Source: Deinococcales bacterium
Lineage (GTDB): Bacteria; Deinococcota; Deinococci; Deinococcales; JAAFIG01
Length of the DNA: 64,000 nucleotides
Direction of reading: 5' to 3'
Assembly (NCBI GenBank): GCA_043778225.1
Contig: JAYWGM010000063.1
Coordinates: 1 to 64,000, forward strand
The first letter of the stretch is position 1, and each line of letters begins with the position of its first letter. Positions 1 to 10,365 of this stretch are shown here, in pieces. Under the pieces are notes generated by a model. It saw only the letters and a list, made by a program, of their open reading frames with translations. It was not told the DNA's origin and ran no database searches. The position numbers and the translations under genes are program-made.

Positions 1-85
1 AACCGACTAAAAGGAGTGACAACGAAACCGAATTAACGTTTGAACGACAGTTTGACCGTTTTTTGGGCAAACGAGAGTGATTAAG

Positions 86-421
86 TTAATTCGGTATGAC
101 TTCGCTCCACCACCTAAGGCGCTGCAAATCGAGTTTGCCATGGCTCGAGAATACAATCCCCTCATACTCGAGCAAAACGCGCTGTAAGTCTCCAGTGCCG
201 ACTTTATAGGTGGATAACTTGCCACTTGAGGAGACGACGCGCTGCCATGGAATATCGGTGGCTTTTTCTTGTGAAATGCCGCGCAAAACATGACCAACGT
301 GCCGAGCGCGGCGTGGATAACCGCTCATCAGGGCAATACCGCCATAAGTTGCTACCCGACCAAGCGGAATTTGCTGCACCAATTCCAGCACTTTTAGACG
401 AAATTCTGGCTCGAGTTTCAT
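86..421 (-). CDS. Alkyltransferase-like (ATL/YbaZ, MGMT family) DNA-damage binding protein
   Basis: IPxGRVATYG and PWQRVV motifs, with Trp in place of the catalytic Cys; start set at MKLEPEF (421). Confidence 0.85.
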   Translation of the reverse strand: MKLEPEFRLKVLELVQQIPLGRVATYGGIALMSGYPRRARHVGHVLRGISQEKATDIPWQRVVSSSGKLSTYKVGTGDLQRVLLEYEGIVFSSHGKLDLQRLRWWSEVIPN

Positions 422-428
422 GCTGGCT

Positions 429-495
429 ATTGTCTCATGTTGTGATGCAGATTTCACATTGTCTCATGTTGCAGATTTCACATTGGCTCATGTTG
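429..495. repeat. Imperfect 24-bp tandem repeat (attgtctcatgttgcagatttcac, about 2.5 copies)
   Basis: Direct repeat visible in the divergent intergenic region. Confidence 0.8.
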
Positions 496-513
496 TGTCG
501 TAGAATCCGTGCG

Positions 514-1326
514 GTGAAAAGTCCGATTGGTGTTTTTGATTCTGGGGTTGGCGGTCTGACGGTGCTGCGGGCGATGCGCCAACTTTTGCCATTTGAGGAT
601 TTTGTTTATCTTGCCGACACGGCTCGCTTTCCTTATGGGCGTAAACCACGCCAGATGATTGCTGGCTTTGCCAAACAAAATGCAGCTTTTCTCGAGTCTT
701 GCGGCGCAAAAATGATTGTTATCGCTTGTAACACCGCCAGTACCTGTGCTGACTCGAGTACCGCCAATGTCCCCGTGATTGGGGTGATTGAACCGGGCGT
801 TTTGGCTGCCAGTGCCGCCAGCCACGGTGGCGTGGTTGGGGTACTTGCCACCCGTGGCACAATTGCCAGTGGGGCATACCAAAGCCGTCTCGAGGCGCGT
901 GGGCATGAAGTCTGGGCGCGGGCTTGCCCGATGCTTGCGCCACTGGTTGAAGAAGGACTCGCCGACGAACAAGAAGCACAACTTTTAATCGAGCATTATT
1001 TGCGGACCCGCCCAAAAAACCTTGATGCTTTAATTCTTGGTTGTACCCACTATCCAGTCCTGAAAAACGCGATTGCCACCTATTTGGGCGATACCATCAC
1101 GGTTGTGGACAGCGCGTATGCGACTGCCAATGTGGTGGCTCGAGAACTCAACCAGCACAATTTAAGCACCACCCAAGAAAATTTTGGTCGGATAACGCAC
1201 TTTATCACGGGCGACCCGCAAAGTTATCAGCACACCGCCAATGTGATTGGTGGTGTGGATGGCGAAATGCACCACTTAGAAATCGAAGAATTATTGGCAC
1301 AAAAACCATTCGCTTACCACTCATAA
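514..1326 (+). CDS. murI: Glutamate racemase
   Basis: IGVFDSGVGGLTV, IACNTAS and LGCTHY motifs; GTG start 7 nt after TAGAAT. Confidence 0.95.
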   Translation: MKSPIGVFDSGVGGLTVLRAMRQLLPFEDFVYLADTARFPYGRKPRQMIAGFAKQNAAFLESCGAKMIVIACNTASTCADSSTANVPVIGVIEPGVLAASAASHGGVVGVLATRGTIASGAYQSRLEARGHEVWARACPMLAPLVEEGLADEQEAQLLIEHYLRTRPKNLDALILGCTHYPVLKNAIATYLGDTITVVDSAYATANVVARELNQHNLSTTQENFGRITHFITGDPQSYQHTANVIGGVDGEMHHLEIEELLAQKPFAYHS

Positions 1327-1339
1327 GAAAGGTATTGTC

Positions 1340-2074
1340 ATGTTGCGTCAAAACCGCTCCAACCTCGAGTTGCGCTCCTTAGAAGTCAAAACCCATGCCA
1401 ACCCTTACGCCGAAGGCTCGAGTCTGGTCAAATTGGGCAATACCCATGTGCTGTGTACCATCACGCTCGAAAATCAAATCCCACGCCACTTGATGGATAG
1501 GCGCGATGCCAACGGTAAAAAATTACCACCGACCGGCTGGCTGATGGCAGAATACAGCCTCTTGCCTCGAGCCACCCACGACCGCACCCAGCGCGAACGT
1601 CAAAAACTTGGCGGGCGTACCCAAGAAATTCAGCGCTTGCTCGGGCGGGTCTTTCGCGCTACGGTGGATTTAGACCTTTTTAAGAATAAAACGCTGGTCA
1701 TAGACTGCGATGTCCTGCAAGCCGATGGTGGGACTCGAGTCACCAGTGTTTTGGCAGGTTATGCCGCCCTGCACGATCTTTGCAACCGTATGACACGGGC
1801 TGGAACACTCGATGATTGGGCGCTTCGAGCCGAAGTTGGGGCAGTCAGTGTCGGTTTGGTCAATGGCGAAATTCGTTTGGACTTGGATTACTTAGAAGAT
1901 TCAAATGCCCACGCCGACCTCAACGTGATTGCCACCAGCACAGGAAAAATCGTCGAGGTTCAGGGTGGCTCAGAAGGCGAAAGCATCGAGCCAGCCCAGT
2001 TTTTTGAAATGATTAAAATTGGTGCGGACGGTGTCAAAACCCTGCTCGAGCGAATGAAACCGCAACTCAAATAA
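1340..2074 (+). CDS. rph: Ribonuclease PH
   Basis: AEYSLLPRAT, GRTQEIQRL and CDVLQADGGTR motifs. Confidence 0.95.
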   Translation: MLRQNRSNLELRSLEVKTHANPYAEGSSLVKLGNTHVLCTITLENQIPRHLMDRRDANGKKLPPTGWLMAEYSLLPRATHDRTQRERQKLGGRTQEIQRLLGRVFRATVDLDLFKNKTLVIDCDVLQADGGTRVTSVLAGYAALHDLCNRMTRAGTLDDWALRAEVGAVSVGLVNGEIRLDLDYLEDSNAHADLNVIATSTGKIVEVQGGSEGESIEPAQFFEMIKIGADGVKTLLERMKPQLK

Positions 2075-2162
2075 GTATCTCCCGCCTACATTTTAGAATT
2101 TTCAAAAAGCGGCAATTCTGTCATTACGGCGGCAGATACGCTGTCCCTACTCCTTTTAGTCG

Positions 2163-2195
2163 GAAATGTTTTAGCAAAGAACTCTAAAACATTTC
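2163..2195. terminator. 12-bp perfect inverted repeat downstream of rph (possible terminator or stabiliser)
   Basis: gaaatgttttag ... ctaaaacatttc; no clear U-tract. Confidence 0.45.
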
Positions 2196-2210
2196 GGGGT
2201 TGTACTTAAC

Positions 2211-2276
2211 TTGCAGTCGGCTCGTAAAAAGCGTAGACTCAAATCCCGTGGGGTTTGTCTCCTCGGATTTTTTTTT
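2211..2276 (+). promoter_or_regulatory. pyrG promoter followed directly by an attenuator-like terminator
   Basis: TTGCAG-17-TAGACT, then CCGTGGGG-TTTGT-CTCCTCGG-A-T9. Confidence 0.65.
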
Positions 2277-2457
2277 GCCTAAAATCAACCCTAAGTACAT
2301 TGTAAACAAAAATCGTAGATTTTTGGCGAGCTATGCGAGTATTACCAAAGTACAGTGTTGATGGGTGCGGAGACTCTTTGGAGCGAAGCGGAAAATAGTC
2401 GAAGCATCTAATTTACACTGTACTAAGAATAATTGAACCAATAAAGTGAGGTCAGCG

Positions 2458-4146
2458 ATGAAATATATTTTTGTAACAGGTGGCGTGGTCTCGAGTTTAG
2501 GAAAAGGCATTACCGCCAGCAGTTTGGGCGCAATTTTACGCGCCCGTGGGCATCGGGTCACAGCCGTCAAAATAGACCCCTACATCAATCTCGATGCTGG
2601 CACGATGCGCCCCTACGAACATGGCGAAGTTTTTGTGACTGGTGACGGAGCAGAAACCGACCTCGACCTTGGCAATTATGAACGCTTTTTGGACATCGAC
2701 ACCAACCGAGGCAGCAACATCACCACTGGGCAAGTCTATAAAATCGTGATTGAACGCGAACGCAAAGGCGAGTATTTAAGCCAAACGGTACAAGTGATTC
2801 CACACATCACCGATGAAATTAAAAATCGTATTCGGGCGGTGGCTCTGGCAGCCAATGCTGATATTACCGTGATTGAAGTTGGCGGGACAGTTGGCGACAT
2901 CGAAAGTCTGCCGTTTCTCGAGGCAATCCGCACCATGCGTTTTGATGAAGCCTACGAAAACACAGCCTATTTGCACGTTACTTTAGCCCCCGAAGTCAGC
3001 ACTGGCGAAATTAAAACCAAGCCGACCCAACACAGTGTCGCTCAACTTCGCAGCACCGGTATCAGTCCAGATTTTATTGTGGTGCGTTCAAGTACGGCGC
3101 TGGGCGACGAGATGCGCCGTAAAATTGCGCTCTTTACCAGTGTCGAACCCGAGCGGGTGTACTCGAGTTTTAATGTTGAGTACCTTTATGAAGTACCATT
3201 AGCCTTTGAAGAACAAGGTTTGGGGCGTGAAATCGAAAAACGCCTCAAGCTCGAGACGATTCCACCTTCGCTTGGTTTTTGGCACGATGCCGTCAAAAAA
3301 CTAAAACACCCAACCCATCAGGTCAACATTGGTTTTGTTGGTAAATATGTCGCCATGGGCGACAGTTACCTCTCGATTCTCGAGGGATTACGCCATGCGG
3401 GTATCGCCAACGATACTCGGGTCAATATCCATTGGGTCAATGCCGAAGACTTAAAATCTGATGAAGATGCACAAGCTGCGCTTGCACCACTCGATGGCAT
3501 TTTGGTTGGACCTGGTTTTGGAATGCGCGGCATTGAAGGCAAAATCCGCGCGGCAAAATTTGCTCGGACACACCAAAAACCCTATTTTGGCATCTGCTTG
3601 GGCTTACAAATCGCGGTGATTGAATTTGCCCGCAATGTTGCCAATCTTGAAGGAGCAAACAGCACCGAATTTGACCAATACAGCAAGCACCCAGTCATTG
3701 GCATCATGCCCGAACAACTCGAGACTTCAAATCTGGGCGGTACAATGCGTCTTGGTGACTGGGAAATGTCGATTGTGGCTGGGACACGCCTCGAGAAAGT
3801 CTACGGCACATCTGGAACGGTTCTCGAGCGGCATCGCCACAGGTACGAAGTCAATCCAGACTATGTGGAACGCTTGGTCACGGCTGGCTTGGTGGTCAGT
3901 GCGGTCACCCCCGGCAAGGAACGGCGCGGCGCTGGCTTGGTCGAAGCGATTGAACTTGCCAATCATTCATTTTTTATTGGTTTGCAAGCCCACCCAGAAT
4001 TTAAGTCGCGCCCAATGCGGGTTTCGCCGCCGTTTAAGGCATTTGTTGCCGCCGCACTCGAGCATCGCACCGATGTGGGACTCGAGCAGCACCCTGAAAC
4101 TGGACTCGAGCAGCACCCTGATGTGGGACTCGAGCAGCGGACTTGA
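2458..4146 (+). CDS. pyrG: CTP synthase
   Basis: KYIFVTGGVVSSLGKG, GICLG, ERHRHRYEVN and HPEF motifs. Confidence 0.98.
   Translation: MKYIFVTGGVVSSLGKGITASSLGAILRARGHRVTAVKIDPYINLDAGTMRPYEHGEVFVTGDGAETDLDLGNYERFLDIDTNRGSNITTGQVYKIVIERERKGEYLSQTVQVIPHITDEIKNRIRAVALAANADITVIEVGGTVGDIESLPFLEAIRTMRFDEAYENTAYLHVTLAPEVSTGEIKTKPTQHSVAQLRSTGISPDFIVVRSSTALGDEMRRKIALFTSVEPERVYSSFNVEYLYEVPLAFEEQGLGREIEKRLKLETIPPSLGFWHDAVKKLKHPTHQVNIGFVGKYVAMGDSYLSILEGLRHAGIANDTRVNIHWVNAEDLKSDEDAQAALAPLDGILVGPGFGMRGIEGKIRAAKFARTHQKPYFGICLGLQIAVIEFARNVANLEGANSTEFDQYSKHPVIGIMPEQLETSNLGGTMRLGDWEMSIVAGTRLEKVYGTSGTVLERHRHRYEVNPDYVERLVTAGLVVSAVTPGKERRGAGLVEAIELANHSFFIGLQAHPEFKSRPMRVSPPFKAFVAAALEHRTDVGLEQHPETGLEQHPDVGLEQRT
4057..4140 (+). 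repeat. In-frame 24-bp repeat extending the PyrG C-terminus (GLEQHPxx)
   Basis: CTCGAG at 4057, 4081, 4105 and 4129 (24-nt period). Confidence 0.85.
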
Positions 4147-4183
4147 AAGATTGAAGACTGTCTGTTAAACTTCTGCCCCGACA

Positions 4184-4259
4184 GGGTTGTTAGTTCAGTC
4201 GGTAGAGCGACGGTCTCCAAAACCGTAGGTCGGGGGTTCGAGCCCCTCACAACCCGCCA
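4184..4259 (+). tRNA. tRNA-Trp (CCA)
   Basis: Cloverleaf with GGGTTGT/ACAACCC acceptor stem, anticodon CCA at 4217-4219, TTCGA loop and encoded CCA end. Confidence 0.97.
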
Positions 4260-4262
4260 AGT

Positions 4263-4288
4263 AAAAGCCCCGAATTTCGGGGCTTTTT
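4263..4288 (+). terminator. Intrinsic terminator after tRNA-Trp
   Basis: aaaagccccga-att-tcggggcttttt. Confidence 0.8.
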
Positions 4289-4298
4289 GATGGAGTGA

Positions 4299-5486
<1,188 letters not shown>

Positions 5487-5651
5487 TGCTGGCTTATTGA
5501 CTTGAGAGGAATTTTTTACCATCAATCTTGGCTTGGGCTTTTTGCCCGAGTTTATTTTTGGTGCTTTGAGGTTTTAATTTTGGTCTAGGGGTAGACTTGC
5601 TGTTGGTTGGCTGCCGAGTGTGTGGCGCTGATTTAATAAAGGAGTAAACCA

Positions 5652-6149
5652 ATGAATCAAGCCTTTAAGCCGCCCAGTAAAAATGCCCTCATCGCTCAAC
5701 GTCAACCAATCCAAAGCGCTAATCTCAGGCACGAACAGCAATTGACTCGACTCGAGAAAATAGCTTTAATGATTACCGACCGCATTGGAACAATGGGTTT
5801 TTTTATGGCGATTGTGACATGGACAACCCTCTGGTTGGGCTGGAATTTCCTTGCGCCACAAGCCCTTAAATTCGATCCACCAATGGCGTTTGTTTTTTGG
5901 TTATTTTTATCCAATATGATTCAAATTTTTTTAATGCCCCTACTGATGATTGGACAAAACTTGCAAGGAAGACACGCCGAGGCTCGAGCCGAAGCTGACT
6001 TTGCAGTCAATACCAAAGCCGAGCGTGAAATAGAAGCAGTCTTAGACCATCTCGAGTACCAAAATGCTTTATTGATTGCTTTGATAGAACACCAAGGTTT
6101 GACCCTCGAGCAAGTTCTGGCACAGAAAAGTGAGCCTTCCAAAATATAA
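5652..6149 (+). CDS. DUF1003-like membrane protein
   Basis: Two TM helices, GTMGFF and PLLMIGQN motifs, C-terminal coiled coil; RBS AAGGAG. Confidence 0.75.
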   Translation: MNQAFKPPSKNALIAQRQPIQSANLRHEQQLTRLEKIALMITDRIGTMGFFMAIVTWTTLWLGWNFLAPQALKFDPPMAFVFWLFLSNMIQIFLMPLLMIGQNLQGRHAEARAEADFAVNTKAEREIEAVLDHLEYQNALLIALIEHQGLTLEQVLAQKSEPSKI

Positions 6150-6175
6150 AACGATTTCAAGTGCTTACCGTAGGC

Positions 6176-7390
6176 TTAACGCAGCAGTTCTATGGCTTTC
6201 TCGAGAATCAAATCGCGCCCAGTTGCCAAAGCGCTCATGTCGTCTAGCATTTCAATGTCTGGAGTCACAAATTCTGGGTGGGCTACGCCATCCAAGGTAC
6301 TCGAGCGCCCAGCCGTAATCGCTAAAGTGCTGCCATCGGGCAGATTATACAAGCCTGTGCTGGTGTTTAGTACGCCAGCAGTGCGTTCGCCAATCACTTT
6401 GGCACGACCAGGGCGCTGTAAAAAGTAAGTCATGTACTCGGCAGCACTGCGTGAGATTTTATTGGTTAGGACAATTACAGGTTTATTCCAGCGTGTAAAA
6501 TTGGGGAAATTCCAAACCGTAACACCATTGCTGGTAATTGCTCCACCCCTAAATTCATAACCGCCTTTGCCATTGTTGGTTTCAAAGGTTGTGCCAACGG
6601 GTTCAATAAACGCCCCAGCACTGCCGATGCTTTCAAAAGCACTGCCGCCGCCACTGCCGCGCACATCCAAAATAATTGCCTTGGCGGCTGTGGCGGTTTT
6701 GATGTGTTCAAAGACTCGAGCTGCCACAAGTGGAGTTAGGAACTGATAAAAAGTGATGATTGCCAGACCGTTTTTAATTTCTAAGCTCGGTAGCCAAGGT
6801 CCGATTTTGCGTGGCTCGAGTAGAATTTTTTGATTGTTTGGCAACTCAAATTCTAAGCGTGTTGAAACTGCCTCGAGTTCAGCAATCGCGGTCATGGCTT
6901 CGCTGGCAGACTTAAATCGCGCCAAGCTGCCATTTACGCCCAGAATCACCGTCCCACGTTTGATGCCAGCTTGGGCGGCGGGACTGTTCTCGAGAACCCG
7001 AGTGACCACCAAAGCTGCTGCATCGGGCAGGGCAGCAAATTTCATGCCGACCCCAAGCAGTGGTTGGTTGGCAGCATTGGCATCAAATTCGGCACGGCGC
7101 AGGGCGCTCATACGAAAAGTATGTCCATCGCCAAGGCTGGCGATGAGGTTATCTAGAATTGGTAGCCCTTGGGGATAGTCGCAGCGCGGTAAGTCCTTAC
7201 ATACAGCCTCGAGTTTGGCTTTGGCACTCTTCTCGAGGGCTGGCAAATCGAATTTGGCAAACCCAGCGTACTGACTGCTCAGTAAATCCACGGCACATTC
7301 GATTAAGAAAACAGCCTGGGAAGGTGCTTGGGCATAACTTGAGACAGTCAGGGTCAGCATAGCGGTACAAAAAAGCATCAATCGTCGCAT
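6176..7390 (-). CDS. S41 family (tail-specific) peptidase with PDZ domain, secreted
   Basis: Signal peptide, DGHT, ILDVRGSGGG, SAAE and PDI motifs. Confidence 0.85.
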   Translation of the reverse strand: MRRLMLFCTAMLTLTVSSYAQAPSQAVFLIECAVDLLSSQYAGFAKFDLPALEKSAKAKLEAVCKDLPRCDYPQGLPILDNLIASLGDGHTFRMSALRRAEFDANAANQPLLGVGMKFAALPDAAALVVTRVLENSPAAQAGIKRGTVILGVNGSLARFKSASEAMTAIAELEAVSTRLEFELPNNQKILLEPRKIGPWLPSLEIKNGLAIITFYQFLTPLVAARVFEHIKTATAAKAIILDVRGSGGGSAFESIGSAGAFIEPVGTTFETNNGKGGYEFRGGAITSNGVTVWNFPNFTRWNKPVIVLTNKISRSAAEYMTYFLQRPGRAKVIGERTAGVLNTSTGLYNLPDGSTLAITAGRSSTLDGVAHPEFVTPDIEMLDDMSALATGRDLILEKAIELLR

Positions 7391-7434
7391 GGTGCTAGTT
7401 TACTGCGCTAATCTCGAGAAGGATGAAATTTTAC

Positions 7435-7698
7435 TCACAAGTCATCGTAATGAAACCGACATGAAATAATTGTGATTTCGGTCGTGTCAATTGCATAAAC
7501 AAGCCGATGCTCGTGATTTATGCGCCGCGACCAGTAACCTGCCAAATTGTATTTTAGGGCTTCAGGTTGTCCAGTGCCGACTTTTGGTGTGCGTAAAACC
7601 TCGCGGATTAAGGCATTAAGTTTTCTAAATGAGGCTTTGTCGGTCTCGAGGAAATAATGGTAATCTTCCCAGCCTTTGGGTGTAAATTTAAGATTCAC
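7435..7698 (-). CDS. yoeB: Txe/YoeB family toxin
   Basis: GQPEALKYNLAGYWSRRINHEHRLVY and CRFHY motifs. Confidence 0.92.
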   Translation of the reverse strand: MNLKFTPKGWEDYHYFLETDKASFRKLNALIREVLRTPKVGTGQPEALKYNLAGYWSRRINHEHRLVYAIDTTEITIISCRFHYDDL

Positions 7699-7958
7699 AA
7701 ATCAATCAACTGGTGTATTTTTGCCAATCCAGACTGGTGTTGCCCAATACTTTCAAGTAAGTGTTTCTCGTTGTTTGTACTTGATAACAAGTAAAGTGTT
7801 TCTTGCCAAGACTCGAGTTCGGTAGCACTCATTTTTGAGAATTCACTGAGCGACATGACAACCCCACGTTCGCCGTCATCACCAAAAATTATGGTCGGTT
7901 CGGAGTGCAGCAGGGTTGCCAATTGGTCTTTGGCTAGGTCTAAGGTCAGGATGTTCAT
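7695..7958 (-). CDS. yefM: YefM/Phd family antitoxin
   Basis: SWQETLYLLSS..N..HLLESI motif; 4-nt overlap with the toxin gene. Confidence 0.85.
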   Translation of the reverse strand: MNILTLDLAKDQLATLLHSEPTIIFGDDGERGVVMSLSEFSKMSATELESWQETLYLLSSTNNEKHLLESIGQHQSGLAKIHQLIDL

Positions 7959-7974
7959 AAAAGAATAGTATCAC

Positions 7975-8042
7975 TTCCGTTATTGGAGGTAGGACATCCG
8001 TTACTCGAGGTAGGTGCTGTAATCCGTTACTCGAGGTAGGTG
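7975..8042. repeat. Tandem duplication of the speA 3' end, including its stop codon
   Basis: atccgttactcgaggtaggtg at 7996 and 8022, with a degenerate third copy near 7976. Confidence 0.8.
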
Positions 8043-9961
8043 TAACCCACAATTTCTTCGTCGTAATGCTCCAAGAAACTCTCGCCTTCGTCTGTGCCGA
8101 CCACTTTCATCGCAACACTGCGGTCAACTTGCGAGCGCATACTCGAGAACAATTGCGGCGCGGTATAGCCCATGCCTTCGATTAAACGCCTCGCTTTTTG
8201 CCCACGCACAAAGAGGTCTATTTCGTACTCGCCGTTGTCTTGCACCGTCACATGAACCTCGTTGACTTTGCCAAATAAATTGTGGTCGCTGCCCAGTACA
8301 TCTTGGTATGCACCAACCAAAAAAACGCCAAGATAATACGGCTGCTCTGGATTAAATTCATGGAGTGGTAAGGCTTTTTTGACATCGCGCAGGTCTATAA
8401 ATTTGTCTATTTTGCCGTCTGAATCGCAGGTGATGTCCACAATTGTACCCAACTTATTAGGGCGCTCCTCGAGCCGACTCAGTGGCACAATCGGAAACAG
8501 TGCATCTATTGCCCAGTGGTCGGGCAGGCTTTGGAACAAACTAAAATTGCAGATGTATTTATCGGCTAAAAGCGGTGGTAAATCCTCGAATTCTTCAGGA
8601 ACATATTTCGGGTCGGCTTCTTCAATCACTTTTAAGACCCGTTGCAAAATTCGGTTAAACAGTTCCTCGCTTCGGGCGCGGTCTCGAAGGTTCAAATAAC
8701 CAAGGTCGTACAGCGTGTGCATCTGATTTTTGGAGTCCACCGCATCGTTGTACATTTCCGAGTAATTTTTAAGGTTGATGTTCTCAAAAATCTGCTCGAG
8801 GTCTTTGACCAGTTCGTGCGAATCCTCATCTCGAGGCGCAAGGTCGGCAGGATAACGGGTTGGTCCGGTCACATCCAGCACTGGCAGCACCAAAATCGCA
8901 TGGTGGGCGGTTAAAGCTCGCCCAGATTCCGAGACAATAATCGGGTAAGCATTTTCCTCGAGTTCTGCCCCTTTGCACGTCTCGAGAACGCTGTAAACCA
9001 CATCTTGGGCATATTCTTGCAAGGTGTAATTGGCACTCGAGTAAAAGGTGGTTTTGCTGCCATCGTAATCTACCGCTAAGCCGCCACCGACATTAAGATA
9101 CTGAATGCCGACACCGAGTTCACGCAGTTCGGCATAGGTTTGTGCCGCTTCGCGCACCGCGACCTTGATGCGCCGAATATCGGTCAATTGGCTACCGACG
9201 TGGCAGTGCAGCATTTGCAAAGCATTCTCGAGTCCAAGCTCTTTTAAGCGGTTGACCACGGCTAAAAGTTCGGTCGCATTGAGTCCAAATTTCGCGCCGT
9301 CGCCACCCGATTCTTCCCACTGTCCACTGCCTTTGGCATGGAGCTTAAAACGCACTCCAACGGCTGGTTTAACCCCAACTTCTTTGGCAATCCGCAGCAC
9401 CCGCTCGAGTTCGGAAAATTTTTCTAGGGTAATCACCACGTTCTTGCCAAGTTTTCTGCCCCAGAGCGCCAAACGCACAAAACCATCGTCTTTGAAACCA
9501 TTGCAACAAAGCAGCGCATCGGGGTGTAAATCCTGAGCTAAACAGAGCGCCAGTTCGGCTTTTGAACCGGCTTCGATTCCATGTGCCAACGCCCGCCCAG
9601 CATTGGCGATTGTCTCGACCACGACACGGCGCTGATTGACTTTAATCGGAAAAACCCCTTGGTATTTTCCGGGGTAATTGTATTCGGCAATTGCCGCCAC
9701 AAAGGCAGCGTGTAAACCGCGCACCCGAGACTCGAGAATCTGCGGAAAGCGAATAATCACCGGCAGGGCTTCATCGCGCTTTTTGAGTTCCTCGAGAATC
9801 GCCACCAGTGGCACTCCAATACCGTTTTGGGTCGGTGTTGCCTCAAGCAAACCCGCTTCGTTGACGCGAAAATAGCCGCCAGCCCAACTAGGAACGCCGT
9901 ACAATTCGGCAGCATCGGTGGTGGTGAAACGTTCAAGGGTTTTCAATTTCCTATCCTCCAT
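8027..9961 (-). CDS. speA: Biosynthetic arginine decarboxylase
   Basis: FPIKVNQ (PLP Lys), HVGSQ, GGGLAVDYDG, ESGRA and TCDSDG motifs. Confidence 0.96.
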   Translation of the reverse strand: MEDRKLKTLERFTTTDAAELYGVPSWAGGYFRVNEAGLLEATPTQNGIGVPLVAILEELKKRDEALPVIIRFPQILESRVRGLHAAFVAAIAEYNYPGKYQGVFPIKVNQRRVVVETIANAGRALAHGIEAGSKAELALCLAQDLHPDALLCCNGFKDDGFVRLALWGRKLGKNVVITLEKFSELERVLRIAKEVGVKPAVGVRFKLHAKGSGQWEESGGDGAKFGLNATELLAVVNRLKELGLENALQMLHCHVGSQLTDIRRIKVAVREAAQTYAELRELGVGIQYLNVGGGLAVDYDGSKTTFYSSANYTLQEYAQDVVYSVLETCKGAELEENAYPIIVSESGRALTAHHAILVLPVLDVTGPTRYPADLAPRDEDSHELVKDLEQIFENINLKNYSEMYNDAVDSKNQMHTLYDLGYLNLRDRARSEELFNRILQRVLKVIEEADPKYVPEEFEDLPPLLADKYICNFSLFQSLPDHWAIDALFPIVPLSRLEERPNKLGTIVDITCDSDGKIDKFIDLRDVKKALPLHEFNPEQPYYLGVFLVGAYQDVLGSDHNLFGKVNEVHVTVQDNGEYEIDLFVRGQKARRLIEGMGYTAPQLFSSMRSQVDRSVAMKVVGTDEGESFLEHYDEEIVGYTYLE

Positions 9962-10082
9962 AAATAGCTAATCCGCGAAAGTATACAGAATTTTTTGTGA
10001 AATGCGTGTCAGCTTGTCCCTCGAGAACCACGGCGGGAAACTCGAGCCAAAAAACTCAATTTTGCACTCGAGTTGGGAAATT

Positions 10083-10280
10083 CTAGGTATTCAAGATTCT
10101 TTGGCGTTGCTCGAGGTAGACATTGTAGGCGGTATCGTGTGCTTTTAATTGGTCAAACTCGAATTTTACCAACCAAATTCCATTGAGTTTTTGCTCGAGC
10201 AAACTCGGAATTGTCCAAAACACCATTTTGTCGTAATTGCTCGAGTTTTCGAGTTCATCTGCCAGATTCATATCAAACAA
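10083..10280 (-). CDS. Possible small hypothetical protein or gene remnant
   Basis: 65-aa ORF in the speA-uvrD gap; TTG start, no recognised motif. Confidence 0.25.
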   Translation of the reverse strand: MFDMNLADELENSSNYDKMVFWTIPSLLEQKLNGIWLVKFEFDQLKAHDTAYNVYLEQRQRILNT

Positions 10281-10365
10281 TACGCTAATTTCAAGGCTCG
10301 AGTTTCATGATTTATTGATTCGGTTCTGTTTGTACACAAAAACTCGGGTTATACTATATGGCTTT

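Noticed and set aside
226..513. N-terminal extension of MurI
   Set aside because: It overlaps the ATL gene and the 24-bp repeat; MurI homology begins at VKSPIGVFDSG
10324..10341. RDRM (DdrO) operator upstream of uvrD (ttctgtttgtacacaaaa)
   Set aside because: It is an imperfect palindrome at a plausible gene, but the spacing is 18 bp rather than the 17-bp RDRM consensus, so I cannot support the call
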